From contig NW_021834404.1 of NCBI RefSeq assembly GCF_006345805.1, forward strand, positions 1 to 48,704: 48,704 nucleotides of DNA. Reading direction: 5' to 3'. Shown in pieces: positions 23,911-37,080 of this stretch. The DNA comes from Octopus sinensis. Taxonomy: Eukaryota. The notes under the pieces were generated by a model, which was given only the letters and a program-made list of their open reading frames with translations, was not told the origin of the DNA and searched no databases. The translations under genes were made by a program, and so were the position numbers. Within the stretch, counting starts at the first letter, position 1; every line of letters begins with the position of its first letter.

Positions 23911-24744
23911 ATACACACCACCATGCATACGCATATATATATATATATACTGTGTACGTATGCATAGTCAAGATAGAAAATGCTAAAATAATTTTATAAA
24001 GTACCGGTTTCTGTCATTGAGTCACTTTCAACTATAAGTATGGAAAACAAATTTTGGAAAAATTAAAAGAAAAGTTTTCTATTTTACAAAATATTTGCAT
24101 TGTATTCAAATACAAGTGGTATTTTCCTTGTTTCTGCCTGCCTCTCTCTTCCTTGTTTACTTTGTGGGTTCGAGATGACCTCGAACCTGAACGCTCTATG
24201 AGATCTCAGAAGAATATACGTCACGGCACAACAGTTTGACTCCGTAAATGTCCCAAACACATGTATAATACACAATAAAGCATTAAAATAGCTAATGAAG
24301 CGGAAATAACGACGAAAATCAAGGATACGTAATTAAGTGATAAAAAAAGAAAGAAAAATGCATCTTTAAATAATTAATTCACCTTGGAAAATATTCCAAA
24401 TAGTCTAACACGCAGTTTTTAAGACAGCGATAAAAACAAAAGCAACAAAAACTACACGGGTAACATTTGTTCTTGAAGTCGCTCATAGATTATCGATATC
24501 AAAGCTGTAATGATAACAATTATGCAACTAAACAAATTAAATTTTAAGATTAATTATAGTTCCAAACTTAGAAAAAAGATCTGATAGTAGTTTGTATGAC
24601 TAAGCAATACTTCTTTGTAACACAGCCAAATTCAAGAAAGAGCTAAAAGAATAATTAAATACCCGTGGTTGATATAATAGACTAATACCTTCCCACAAAA
24701 GTTACTGTCCTGTGCCAAAACTTGAAGCCATCACTTATTATTAT

Positions 24745-25275
24745 TGAGTGAGAGAGCAGCACTTGCGGTCAAAGTGACACTGGGGTAAAATATACGAAGC
24801 TCAGTATACCCATCATGACTACCCATCTGAAAATTGTACACAATGTACATGTATCACAACCATATGTGCGCGACATGATCTTATATCAAGATAAAAAATG
24901 CATGACCTTGAAAGTGGGGCCCAGTTAGAATGTTCTTCTGGTTGAGTAGCCCATCGCGCTCAAAAGATCCCTGAATAAGGGTCGTTTAAGATTGCTGAAA
25001 GAAAAACCCATCTTTCTAAGGGTGAATTATCCTAACCCCAAAGAATTCCTCGCAACACATCGCTATGATGCAGCACCACTACTTCTGCTCGTGATCAGAG
25101 ATGCACATATCGTCAGCCACTAAAGGGACATGCTCAACTGGTTAAGGTCAAGCAACAGACAACCAAGTCTGTGGTATTGAACAGAATGATACCAAGACAA
25201 AACAATGTACATGATAACACTTTCAATCAGTTAAGATCAGAAGCCGCCAGAGCCACTGTCTGGTCCTCCATCAGG
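24745..25275 (-). mobile_element. Unclassified ~540-bp element, copy 2
   Basis: Colinear with copies 1 and 3; minus strand ends ctctctcactc-aataataataag. Confidence 0.85.
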
Positions 25276-25354
25276 TCAGATACAGTGACAGACAGATAGA
25301 CAGATAGATATAGAGATATACTAGTGCTTGAACTTCATTACCTTAGCTTCAATG

Positions 25355-25555
<201 letters not shown>

Positions 25556-25557
<2 letters not shown>

Positions 25558-25790
25558 TGAATTGGCAAGATGGTTAAAATGCCGGACGAAATGGAATTAT
25601 TTTGCGTGTTTTTACTCTGATTATCCAAGACCTGATTTCAAATCTCGCTGAGAGAGGAAATAAAAAAACTTACCAGTCATCTCTCTGGGATTGGTTAAAA
25701 CTAAAGTACCAGAAAATTAGCATTTGTTGTATTGACTAACATCATCCCCTAAAAATTTTGCTGGTCTTCTGTCGAAATTACAAACCATTA
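25556..25790 (+). mobile_element. Old decayed SINE family B
   Basis: gaattggcaagatggttaaaatgccggacgaaatg head; aaagtaccag and aaaaattttgctggtctt remnants. Confidence 0.55.
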
Positions 25791-26299
25791 ATTTTTTTTT
25801 TTTTTTGTAATCCTTGTCAGCATCGTCGTGGCTTTCTATATAATTATGGATACTTCTATTAATTAATACTTAATTATTTATTAAAGGACGATATTAGAAC
25901 AAGCAAGCAAGCGGGAAAGAGGAGAGAGAAAAAAAGGGGGAATTAGCGGTTGAAATCGAGAATGTAAACGTAAGAGGAATACGAGAGCAGTAAACAAAAA
26001 TATCCGTTGCTCAAAGAGAATATTTAACGAGTATAAAATATTGGCTAACATGTATCTATAAGAACAACATCAGCATCACCAGCGAAGACCTAAACCAATA
26101 CCAATGCCAGCAGAAGGAGTAGCAGGAGTAGAAGTAGCAGCAGTCATTAATTCGGAGGTAATTGATTGCCTGAGAACTAGAAACTTCATAAATCAACTTA
26201 AAATATGGTCGTTAAATTCAGATCGATGTTAGAAATATTGGGCATGTTATATACACCTGTAGGTATTGTTTTTGATGTCGTTGTTGTTTGTCGTTGTTG

Positions 26300-26485
26300 T
26301 TGTTGTTATTGTACTTCGTTTTGTTGTTGTTTTTGTTGGCGGCGGCAGCGACGGCGACGTTGGCGGTGGCGGAGGTGGTGGTGGTGGTGTTGGTGTTGGT
26401 GTTGGGAGTGATGGTGGTGGTTATGATGTTAGTGTTGGTGGTGGTAGCGGTGTTGGTGGTGGTAGCGGTGTAGATGGTGTTGGCG

Positions 26486-26532
<47 letters not shown>

Positions 26533-27050
26533 GGTGGTGGTGGTGGTGGTGGTGGTAGCGGTGTAGATGGTGTTGGCGTTGTTGTTGTTGTTGGTGGTGG
26601 TGGTGTGGTGGTGGTGGTGGTGGTGGTGGTGGTGTGGTGTTGGTGTTGTTGGTACTGGTGGTGGTGGTGGTGGTGGTGGTGGTGGTGGTGGTGGTGTTGG
26701 TGTTGTTGGTACTGGTGGTGGTGGTGGTGGTGGTGGTGGTGGAGGTGGTGTTAGTATTGGTGATGGTAGCGGTGTAGGTGGTGTTGGTGTTGGTGGTGGT
26801 GAGGTTGGTGTTGTTGTTGGTGGTGGTAGTGGTGATGATGTTAGCGCTGGTGATGGTAGCGGTGTTGGAGGTGGTAGCGGCGTTGCTGGTGTTGGTATTA
26901 CTGGTCGTCGAGAGTGGTGGTGATGGGTGTGGTGGCTGTAGTGGTGGTGGGGATGGTGCTAGTTGTGGTGGGGATGGTGCTAGTTGTGGTGGTAGTGGTG
27001 TAGACGGTGGCAGTGGTGGCGGTGAAGAAGGCTTTCTGGTAACGATATCA
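26300..27050. repeat. Degenerate (GGT/GTT)n field with internal duplications
   Basis: ggtggtagcggtgtagatggtgttggcgttgtt and gtggtgttggtgttgttggtactggt each occur twice. Confidence 0.92.
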
Positions 27051-27305
27051 TGAATATGATGGATGATGTTTTTGGTAACGTAGCTGACGTCATTGGCAGC
27101 AGCAGCAGCAGCAGCAACAGCAGTAGCGGTAGTAGCAGCAGATGTTGTTGTTGTTGTTGTTGTTTCTATTGATGGTTGCTAGTCATCGCACTAAGGTTGA
27201 GATGGTTCGCTTGGAAAAGCGTGTTAATATAGCTTACGTCATTAGTCTCGGTTCTGCAGCAGCAGCAACAGCAGCAACAACAACAGCAGCAACGACAACA
27301 ACAAC

Positions 27306-27375
<70 letters not shown>

Positions 27376-27479
27376 TAGTAGTAGTAGTAGTAGTAGTAGA
27401 TTGTGGCTGTCGTACTAACTTCGCGATGCTGAAGATGAAAAGACGCTCCTTGTTATTTGGAATTACGTCATTGGTACCG

Positions 27480-28344
27480 TTTCTGCATCGTCATCACCAT
27501 CATCATCATCACCATCATCACCATCACCACCACAACCACCATCATCATCATCACCATCATCACCACCACCATCATCTCCATCATTATCATTATCAGCCTC
27601 AGCATCATCTTTATCATTGTCCTCATCATCATCATCATCATCATCATCTCCATCATTATCATTATCATTATCATTATCATTCTCATCACCAACACCACCA
27701 TCATCATCATCGTCATTATCACCACCACTACCACCATCGTCATCATCATCTCCATCATTATCATTATCAGCATCAGCATCATCTTTATCATCGTCCCCAT
27801 CATCATCATCATCATCATCATCTCCATCATTATCATTATCATTATCATTATCAGCATCATCATCATCATCCTTATCATTCTCATCATCATCACCACTATC
27901 ATCACCACCACCATCATCATCGTCATTATCACCACCACAACCACCATCATCATCATCATCACCATCACCACCACCACCACCATCATCATCATCATCTCCA
28001 TCATTATCATTATCAGCATCAGTATCATCTTTACCATTGTCCTCATCATCATCATCATCATCATCTCCATCATTATCATTATCATTTTCATCATCATCAC
28101 CACTATCATCACCATCACCACCACCACTACCATCATCATCATCGTCATTATCACCACCACCAGCACCAGCACCATCATCATCATTGTCATCATCACCATC
28201 CCCATCATTATCATCATCATCATCATCATCATCATCATCTTTATCATTCTCATCATCATCATTCTCATCATCATCACCGCAATCATCACCACCACCAGCA
28301 CCACCATCATCATCATCATTGTCATCATCACCATCCCCATCATT

Positions 28345-28377
<33 letters not shown>

Positions 28378-28490
28378 TTTATCATTCTCATCATCATCAT
28401 TCTCATCATCATCACCGCAATCATCACCACCACCAGCACCACCATCATCATCATCATTGTCATCATCGTCATCGCCGTTACTGTTATGAA
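27480..28490. repeat. Degenerate (CAT/CAC)n field with higher-order repeats
   Basis: catctccatcattatcattatc recurs repeatedly; a ~130-bp block near 28240 is repeated near 28370. Confidence 0.92.
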
Positions 28491-28931
28491 GCATCGTAGC
28501 ATTGCATTGTTGACGATTGCAGCTACGTCTGATGAAGTGATATGCAATGCTGTTTATTATTATTATTATCTTTGTTTTTTTTGTTGTTTTTTTTTTTGGC
28601 AGTTTATTTATTTAGTATTGAAAGCCGTCATCTGGTCATTCTACACCAAAGATGAAACCATGAAATATGAAACTGGTTTTGATACAAGATCAGCCATTAC
28701 ACCATCAACAGTACTTGGCTGCTATTTCATTTTCATGACTAAAAGGGGAAGAAAACGACTAAGTTGAGTGGGGAACGTAATGTTAATCCCAGCTGCATAG
28801 AGCATATGCTGCAATGTGTATTATCCGGTGTTCTAAGATCCGGACAATAATCTGTAACACTTTCAATCTTATAAACGCCACTGTCGTTTTCTTTTGCCAA
28901 ACTGCTACCTTAAAGGCAAGATATATATATA

Positions 28932-29321
28932 CTAGCAGTATCGCCCGGCGTTGCTCGGGTTTGTTTCGACCCTTTAGAATTGGAATTTTTGAAAAGTAAA
29001 AATTTTGCATTATGTAGCTTGTTATTCTCTTTAAGTGAACATTTTTCTGTTTGAAATACACCGAAAAACGGCGACACAGCAGTAAAAAAATCGTAAAAAA
29101 TAGGGATTTTCATAGAAAAAAAGCACCTTTTTGATGTAAATAATGTTTGGTCTTAACATAGTCCGATTTGAATTTTATCTTCTACTGAATGAAGAGCAAG
29201 CCTTCTTCTATCATACTTTCAATTTTGGTCAACTTGCGCCGCAGGGTCTCGGAGGAGATAGTGTTAGTTGAAGGCTACCAAGCCTGCCACACACAGACAG
29301 CTTCAGTTTTATATATATAGA
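28932..29321 (-). mobile_element. Non-autonomous Helitron, copy 2 (390 bp)
   Basis: Same TC, hairpin and CTAG ends as 1572-1962; roughly 90-95% identical by eye. Confidence 0.9.
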
Positions 29322-29334
29322 TATATATACTGTC

Positions 29335-29570
29335 CATGTTTGTACCTTACCACCGCTTAACAACCAATGTTAGTTTTGTTTATTTTTCCCCATAACTGAG
29401 CGGTTCACCAAAAGAGTGAGATAGATTCATTCGAATGAGAGATTTTTCGAGGCCGCTGTCTAATGATTGACGCAAGTAAAAGATATGTATGCGTGTTTTA
29501 CCCAAAATGCCTTGGTTGGCCTAAGATTACAGTAGAAAATACCACGATGCCGCGCAGTGGAACTGAACCC
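29335..29570 (-). mobile_element. Decayed SINE family A
   Basis: cgcttaacaaccaatgttag, gccttggttggcctaag and cgcgcagtggaactgaaccc match family A on minus. Confidence 0.7.
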
Positions 29571-29764
29571 GATACATAGATATACCAAGATATTTTCTAT
29601 CCACTTTCTTGTCTTCAATACTGGAAGCTGGAGGATGCGGCATGATAAAGTATCATTTATCACTTACGCTTAGATCTTTATCGTCTCCTCTCTTCAGAAC
29701 AGAACGGCGAGATTGGAAGAAGCTCATCCATTTTCTCCATGACACCAGCAGCAGCAGCAGTAGC

Positions 29765-29816
<52 letters not shown>

Positions 29817-30162
29817 GTAGTAGTGGTGTTGAGGTGTTTCGTGCATATATAGGCGGTAAAATGAACTGTAATTTGTCAATTTTGTCAAAGTTTTATTGAA
29901 AAACATGATGAGAAAATGATAAAGGAGTTTAATGCATAGATACATAGAAAAAGAAGATAATGAGAGAAGGAAAGAGTGAGAGAGGGGGAGAGACAGGAAA
30001 GTGAGAGGGGAGAGAAAAAGAGAGAGGGATAGAGAGAGAAAGAATGTGTGAGTTGCACGGCTCCCATATAGGTGTACCTATGTGTGTATGTATGTATGAG
30101 TATGTACTTCTCTTTCTCTCCCTCTCGCTCCCTCTCTCATTTGACTACTGAAGAAGAAGACA

Positions 30163-30279
30163 AAGAAGAAGAAGAAGAAGAAGAAGAAGAAGAAGAAGAA
30201 GAAGAAGAAGAAGAAGAAGAAGAAGAAGAAGAAGAAGAAGAAGAAGAAGAAGAAGAAGAAGAAGAAGAAGAAGAAGAAG
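30163..30279. repeat. Pure (GAA)n, about 39 units
   Basis: Direct reading; source of the poly-E ORF. Confidence 0.97.
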
Positions 30280-30295
30280 GAGAAGAATAATCATG

Positions 30296-30821
30296 CCCTG
30301 ATGCAGTACCAGCTAGTGGCTCTCATGGCTTCTCATGGCTTAATTGATTGGAAGTGTTGTCATGTACATTGTTTTGTCTTTGTATAAAGATGGCCTCCAT
30401 CAAATATTCTGCTCAACACACACAGATTTGCTTGTCAGTTTTTTGAACTTGTGGCTGACGATATGAGCATCTCTGAGCACGAGCAGAAGTAGTGGGGGAG
30501 GAGCATCATAGCCATGCGTTGAGAGGAATTCGTTAGGGTTTGGATAATTCACCTCTAGAAACATAGGTGTTTCGTTCAGCATCTTTAAACAACCCTTATT
30601 CGGGGACATTTTGAGCGGGATGGTTTGCTCATGGGCCCCGTCTGCCAGGTGATGCGTTGTTTATCTTGATAAGAAATCACTGTTTCGCGCACATATGTTT
30701 GTGATACATATGCCTATGTGTCTCGTATGCCCTTATCAGACGGGTAACCATGACGGGTGTACTGGGCTTCGTATATTCTACCCCAGTGTCACTTTGATGG
30801 CATGCACTGATCTCTCACTCA
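30296..30821 (+). mobile_element. Unclassified ~540-bp element, copy 3
   Basis: ccctgatgcagtacc ... ctctcactca then (AAT)n; two short internal deletions relative to the other copies. Confidence 0.85.
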
Positions 30822-30886
30822 ATAGTAATACTAGTAACAATGATAATAATAATAATAACAACAACAAGAACAACAACAACAAAAAC

Positions 30887-30980
<94 letters not shown>

Positions 30981-31279
30981 TGATGATGATGATGATGATG
31001 ATAATGGAATATCAACAGAGTGAAGCTCCATCATCTAAGATACTTTGATGACAACGTGACAATATCAAAAAAATAAAGGGAAACATTTTTCAGGCAGTAA
31101 ATAAAAGAATAAAGGAAAAAGAATAAAAGTTATTCATTTTTCCTGTCTTTCATTTAAATATATATTCTTTGTATGGAGAGTGTTGTCTTCTGTTGGTGTA
31201 TATTTCAAATATGCGATTATGCATTCAATGCATTCGTGTGCTAGGGAATATATGAGAACAAGCATATGCAATCATTTAC

Positions 31280-31315
<36 letters not shown>

Positions 31316-31350
31316 ATATGTGTACACACCATATATATATACACACATAT

Positions 31351-31414
<64 letters not shown>

Positions 31415-31508
31415 GTAAATAATGCATATGCTTCTTCACGTGTGTGCGTGTGTATGTATGTATGTATGTATGTATATATATATATATGTATGTGTGTATA
31501 CCAATATA

Positions 31509-31542
<34 letters not shown>

Positions 31543-31704
31543 AATATATATGTGTGCGTGTGTATATATACATATGTATTATTATATGCATATATATATG
31601 TATATATATATCTGTGTGTGTGTATATATATATATGTTATTATATGCATATATATATACATATAATAATATATATGTACATATGTGTGTGTAAACATATA
31701 TGTG

Positions 31705-31737
<33 letters not shown>

Positions 31738-32060
31738 GTATTTGTATATATATATACATGTATATTTATATATACTTCTATAAATATGTATGTTTATGTA
31801 TATATATATATACACACATACACACACACACGCATATACATATATATACACACACACACATATGTGTGTGCGCGCGTGCTTCTGTGTGTGCTTGTGTGTA
31901 CGTATACATCTGCATACATATGTATGAACATACAGACATATACATACATATATATATGTGTGTGTGTATATTTATATATATGTATATATGTGTGTGTGCG
32001 TGCGTCTGTGTGTGTGTGTATATAATTTTATATATATTCAAATATACATACACACATGTA
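31280..32060. repeat. (TA)n/(TG)n/(CA)n microsatellite field
   Basis: Direct reading. Confidence 0.95.
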
Positions 32061-32628
32061 CGTATTTGCATAATGACATTTATAGCTTCAATTCAGACAC
32101 TGTATTTGACAAGAATGAATAGTCTCACTTTATTTTTGAAAGACAATCTTTAAATAAATATAATAAATATATATACGGCGGAAGGAAAAAAAAATTAAGC
32201 GATACAGAAAAAGACACAGTGAAAGAATTAGACTTAAATGATGATTTATCTCCCGTTACTACCTCTTCAATTTTTTTGTCCTTTCGATTTGTTTCCTCTT
32301 TTTTTACTACCTTCATCTCTTTTCTTCTTCATTTCTTTTATCGTTATTTGCGAGTATGCTATTTTGATATGTATAATTTATAAGACAGCACAAATATAAA
32401 ATTTGAAATGTAACATCTATATATAACTTTCAAAGCTTTCACTATATATGAATATTCTACTTGTACAGACGTGCAAATATACACGTTCATATAGCAACTT
32501 ACATAGCGCCATACTTATTTATTAAAGGAAGCACGCGCGCACAAGCGTGTGTGTGTGTGAGTCTGAGTGTATGTGTGTGGCTGTACCTGTCTGTGTTTGT
32601 ATTTGTGTGTGTGTGTGTCTTTTATAGT

Positions 32629-32996
32629 TTACTTATTTCAGTCATTAGACTACGGCCATGCTGGAACACAGCCTTGGAAGACCTTTAGTTGAATAAATCA
32701 ACCCCAACAATTCTTTTCTTTAAGCTTGGGGCATATGTTATCGGTTTGCTGAAACGCCTGGTTATAAGGCCATAAACACACCAACACTGGTTGTTAAACG
32801 GTGATGGGGGGGGGGTGACACAGATAAAAAGACACACATATATGGACATATGTGCTTATATATAGGGAGGTCTTCGTTCAGTTCCTATCTACGAAATCCA
32901 CTCTCAAGGTTTTGTTCGGACCGAGGTTATAGTAGAAGACACTTGCCCAAGGTGCCATGTGGTTGGGAAGCAAGCTTCTTACTACACCCCTGCGTC
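32629..32996 (-). mobile_element. SINE family A with internal deletions
   Basis: atttcagtcattagactacggccatgctgga tail; ctacgaaatccactctcaagg body; acttgcccaaggtgcca head region. Confidence 0.85.
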
Positions 32997-33185
32997 TATA
33001 AATATATATGTATATGTGTGTGTGTATGTGTGTTTGTGTGTATGTATACACATACTGAAACAAACACACATACTCATATGCACACACATACACACACATA
33101 AAAGCACAAATACAATACATACTTTTATAGGTGTTTTTTACTAAACAGTACCAATGCTGAGACACAATAAACACTTTAAGACATA

Positions 33186-33260
33186 AAATGCAAGGGGTCA
33201 CGATTGTGGCCGTCAGGCACAGGTCGACAGGCCACGATCGTGGCCCAGATAGATGCATTT
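33186..33260 (+). other. Double 16-bp palindrome forming a ~20-bp hairpin with a 7-bp basal stem
   Basis: 33195-33211 pairs with 33230-33246 (15 Watson-Crick, 2 G-U); aaatgca/tgcattt basal stem. Confidence 0.8.
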
Positions 33261-33499
33261 AATTCATGGGCGTTTGTAGGGGTCTAATGTCAATCAAACA
33301 CTCAGATACCCCCCAGAATGCAAAAGGATATAGTTCAACTAATGACTTTTCAGATTATGTAAAACTTGCCACCATTATATACTAAGAAGATATTTTAACT
33401 ATTTTTTTTACCTTATTATGTGTGCATGGTAGTCTCATTTTCATAAAATGTGCTCAGCACGCCGTGCTATGTAAGTGCAAATCTCAGCGCTTTATGGGT

Positions 33500-33780
33500 T
33501 AAAGATATAGTCGAGCAGTACTTGACTGCAACTTTATTTAATCGACACGACACACAATGTAGAGGCTGGAGGGACTTACTCTTAAAACGCAAAGAGCCGG
33601 AAGAAATGCCGCTAACCATTTAGTTCGACGTGATAAGGATTCAACTACAACAACCACAACAATCATAATAGTAATAACGATTTCAAATCTTGGTACAAGG
33701 CCAGCAATATTTTTGTAGGATGAGTAGTAAGTCAATTACATCGACACCAGTATATGACTGGTACTTATTCTATCGAGAAA
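33500..33780 (-). mobile_element. Decayed family B SINE fragments
   Basis: gagggacttactcttaaaacgcaaagagccggaagaaatgccgctaacc head remnant; atcgacaccagtatatgactggtactta tail remnant. Confidence 0.6.
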
Positions 33781-34250
33781 AGTAAGTAAATAAATACATA
33801 AATTAAGTAAGAAATGGAAACAGTAAACCGACAACCACAAAAATTATATGACCTAAATTCATTTTGGTTATAAAATAGTTCAACATGTTTCACAAAAATA
33901 AAACAAAATCTTCATCGCACAGTCGATAACTTACATTACTCTCAATCATAAACTATCATTAATAATGTATGAGAAAAAACCGTAACTCAGAAGACTTCCC
34001 GCTGACAAATAAAAATATCCGTAAACATGAAAGCCAGTTAATAACCATCACATGATTAATGCAAACCTTAAGTCGTAGAGTTTATGACTTTAGAACTCAT
34101 ATACTGGACATACTGCAATCACAATTTCACGCAGTATGATTATGCATCTACAACAAGGAATCATGGCAACTTGTTATAATATAAAGCGTACTACAAAGCA
34201 AATTTTGATGGAAGATGATAGCTCAAGTATTTGATGACGTATTTAAAAAT

Positions 34251-34650
34251 GCGCAGGAGTAGCTGTGTGGTAAGTAGCTTGTTTACCAACCGCATGGCTC
34301 CGGGTTCAGTCGCGCTGCGTGGCACCTTGGGCAAGTGTCTTCTACTACAGCTTCGGGCCGACCAAAGCTTTGTGAGTGGATTTGGCCGACGGAAACTGAA
34401 AGAAGCCCGTCGTATATTTATATGTATGTATGTGTCTGTGTGTCTGTGTTTGTCCCGCTACCATCGCTTGACAACCGATGCTGGTGTGTTGACGTCTCCG
34501 TAACTTAGCGATTCGGCGAAAGGGACAGATAGAATAAGTACTAGTCTTACAAAGAATAAGTGCTGGGGTCGATTTGCTCGACTAAAAGCGGAGCTCCATC
34601 ATAGCAGTAGTCAAATGACTGAAGCAGATAAAAGAATCAAAGAATAAAAT
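34251..34650 (+). mobile_element. Full-length SINE family A
   Basis: Head, body and tail as in 12235-12640. Confidence 0.93.
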
Positions 34651-34700
34651 AATATGTGTGTGTGTGTGTGTTTGCATGTATGTATATGTATATATATATA

Positions 34701-34965
34701 TCACGCTATCGACCAGACAATCGGACGTTGTAATACATCGCTAGTCACAATGCGCTTCACATTGTTTCAGCTTTCGAATGACGCCCGCCCCGGACTGGAA
34801 AGTATTCTGTCGCCGTATTATGCGTTTGGAGCTGACTGAACTGGAAAAACGTGAATTGGAAGTGTTTTTGTTCAATAATGCGACGCGATACCCAATACAG
34901 GAATCGAAACCACAATCTGGTGATCGTTAGTACAGCACTGTAACCACTAAACTTCGCGCCTTCAC
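34701..34965 (-). mobile_element. SINE family C
   Basis: Minus: gaaggcgcgaagtttagtggtt...gtttcgattcc, then gaacaaaaacactt..cacgtttttccagttcagtcagct CORE-like domain. Confidence 0.75.
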
Positions 34966-35034
34966 ACACATATAGAAAGAGAGAGAGAGAAACTGGCAAA
35001 CGGGAACAACCTGTATGTATATATAAGAAAATAC

Positions 35035-35038
35035 ATAA

Positions 35039-35076
<38 letters not shown>

Positions 35077-35136
35077 TATATGTATGAATATATATATATA
35101 TATGCATGTAATATATATATATGAATATATATATGC

Positions 35137-35190
<54 letters not shown>

Positions 35191-35208
35191 ATGAATATAT
35201 ATATATGC

Positions 35209-35257
<49 letters not shown>

Positions 35258-35490
35258 TATAAATATGCATGTATATATATATGTATGAATATATATATGC
35301 ATGTATATATATATATATATATGTATGAATATATATATGCATGTATAATATATATATATAATATATATATATATATATACATATATATACATACATATGT
35401 ATATACATATGTGTATACACACACACACACACACACACATATAAACATGTGTGTGTGTGCGCGTGTATGTGTTTGTGTGAGTGTGTATAA
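35035..35490. repeat. (TA)n field with recurring tatgaatatatatatgcatg units
   Basis: Direct reading. Confidence 0.95.
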
Positions 35491-35912
35491 TTTCCCCAAA
35501 TTACGAACAAAAGAGTTAAAAGATTTGGCATGGAAGATTGCCAAGTACGCTTCCACCCCCATATCGATATTGTGTTATTCCAACTCAACCCCCTGGCCTT
35601 TTCGAATGGTTTTTTCCCCTTAACTACTTTTAGTTCTAATTATACATTTTTAACCTTGCTCAATGGAGTACTAAACAGTGTTTGTTTATATAGCATTAAA
35701 AAAAAAGTGGTTTTGCCGTTGAGGGTAAATTGAGGCCGAGAGCAAGTTTTTATATCCGTCATCGACTCCGAAACAAAGACCATGTTATCAATTTTTTCCC
35801 CCGTAAACATTAATTCAACAGTGAATTTCTGTATCTTTAAGCTATTTCCCTTTTTCATTTAAATGATTATGTTTTTGTGTTCCTTATTTAACCGTGAGGG
35901 GAATTCGGTAAA

Positions 35913-36513
35913 TAAATCTCTTTATTGCCTACAGGGGGCTAAACGTAGAGGGGACAAACAAAGACAGACAAAGGGATTAAATTGATTACATCGACCCCAG
36001 TTCGTAACTGGTACTTATTTAATCTACCTCGAAAGGATGAAATGCAATGTCGACCTTGGCGGAATTTGAATTCAGAACGTAAAGACAGACGAAATACCTA
36101 TTTCTTTACTACTCACTAGGGGTTAAGCACAGAGAGGACAAACAAGGACAGACAAACGGATTACGTTGATTATATCGACTCCAGTGCGTAACTCGTACTT
36201 ATTTAATCGACCCCGAAAGGATGAAAGGCAAAGTTGACCTCGGCGGAATTTGAACTCAGCACGAAACGGCAGACGAAATATCTATTTCTTTATTACCCAC
36301 AAGGGGCTAAACACAGAGGGGACAAACAAGGACAGACAAACGGATGAAGTCGATTGCATCGACCCCAGTACGCAACTGGTGCTTAATTTATCGACCCCGA
36401 AAGGATAAAAGGTAACGTCGACTTCGGCAGAATTTGAACTTAGAATGTAGCAACAGGGGAAATAATGCTAAGCATTTCATCCAGCGTGCTAACAATTCTG
36501 CCAGCTCGCCGCC
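35913..36513 (-). mobile_element. SINE family B trimer with one 5' head
   Basis: Three ~184-bp units; junctions at 36097/36098 and 36281/36282 match the dimer junction at 8622/8623. Confidence 0.92.
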
Positions 36514-36805
36514 CTTAACACATTCATACCGATCGTCCGTTTAAACTGACACTTAATTTATAAGGGTATAAAACAAATACTTAATACAAATTGTAATTTG
36601 TGTATGATCTGTATCAAATAATGCAACGTGTTCTTAATGAGTATGCAGTCTGTATCAAACGGATATCAATGAAATTTTTTCAGTTGTTATTTAGGTCAAG
36701 ATAATAGTATCTCGGTTTTTAGAAAATTTCATTCACTAGAAAAGTTTCAGCACGAATGGTTTAATAGTACATAATAATGCATTTTACATAGTACAAATGT
36801 TATCT

Positions 36806-37080
36806 GGTGGAGGCACATGACCTAGTGGTCAAAGCAGCGGACCGCAGTCGAGGGATCGCGGGTTTGAATCTCAGACCGGGCGATGTGTGTGTTTATGAGC
36901 GAAACACCTAAGCTCCACGCGGCTCTAGAAGGTAATGGCGAACTTCTGCTGACTCTTTCGTCGGATAGAGACGGATAGAATAAGTACTAGGCTTACAAAG
37001 AATAAGTCCTGTGGTCGATTTGCTCGACTAAAGGCGGTGCTCCAGCATGGCAACAGTCACATGACTGAAACAAATAAGAG
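36806..37080 (+). mobile_element. Chimeric SINE: family D head joined to family A tail
   Basis: ggaggcacatgacctagtggtc...gaaacacctaagctccacg (D) switches near 36965 to gatagaataagtactaggcttacaaagaataagtcc...tccagcatggc (A). Confidence 0.85.

Noticed and set aside
24167-24187. 8-bp hairpin ggttcgag/ctcgaacc and an ERE-like TGACCT
   Set aside because: Too short to be significant; the other half-site has two mismatches.
26266-28499. Gly/Val-rich and His-rich ORFs as beak or sucker structural proteins
   Set aside because: No signal peptide, no GHG/GGY-type motifs or chitin-binding domain, and several overlapping frames are open.
29668-29880. Minus frame LLLL..VSWRKWMSFFQSRRSVLKRGDDKDLS ending at GTAAGT
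   Set aside because: The hydrophobic stretch is a (CTA)n repeat, there is no ATG, and all frames look equally protein-like.
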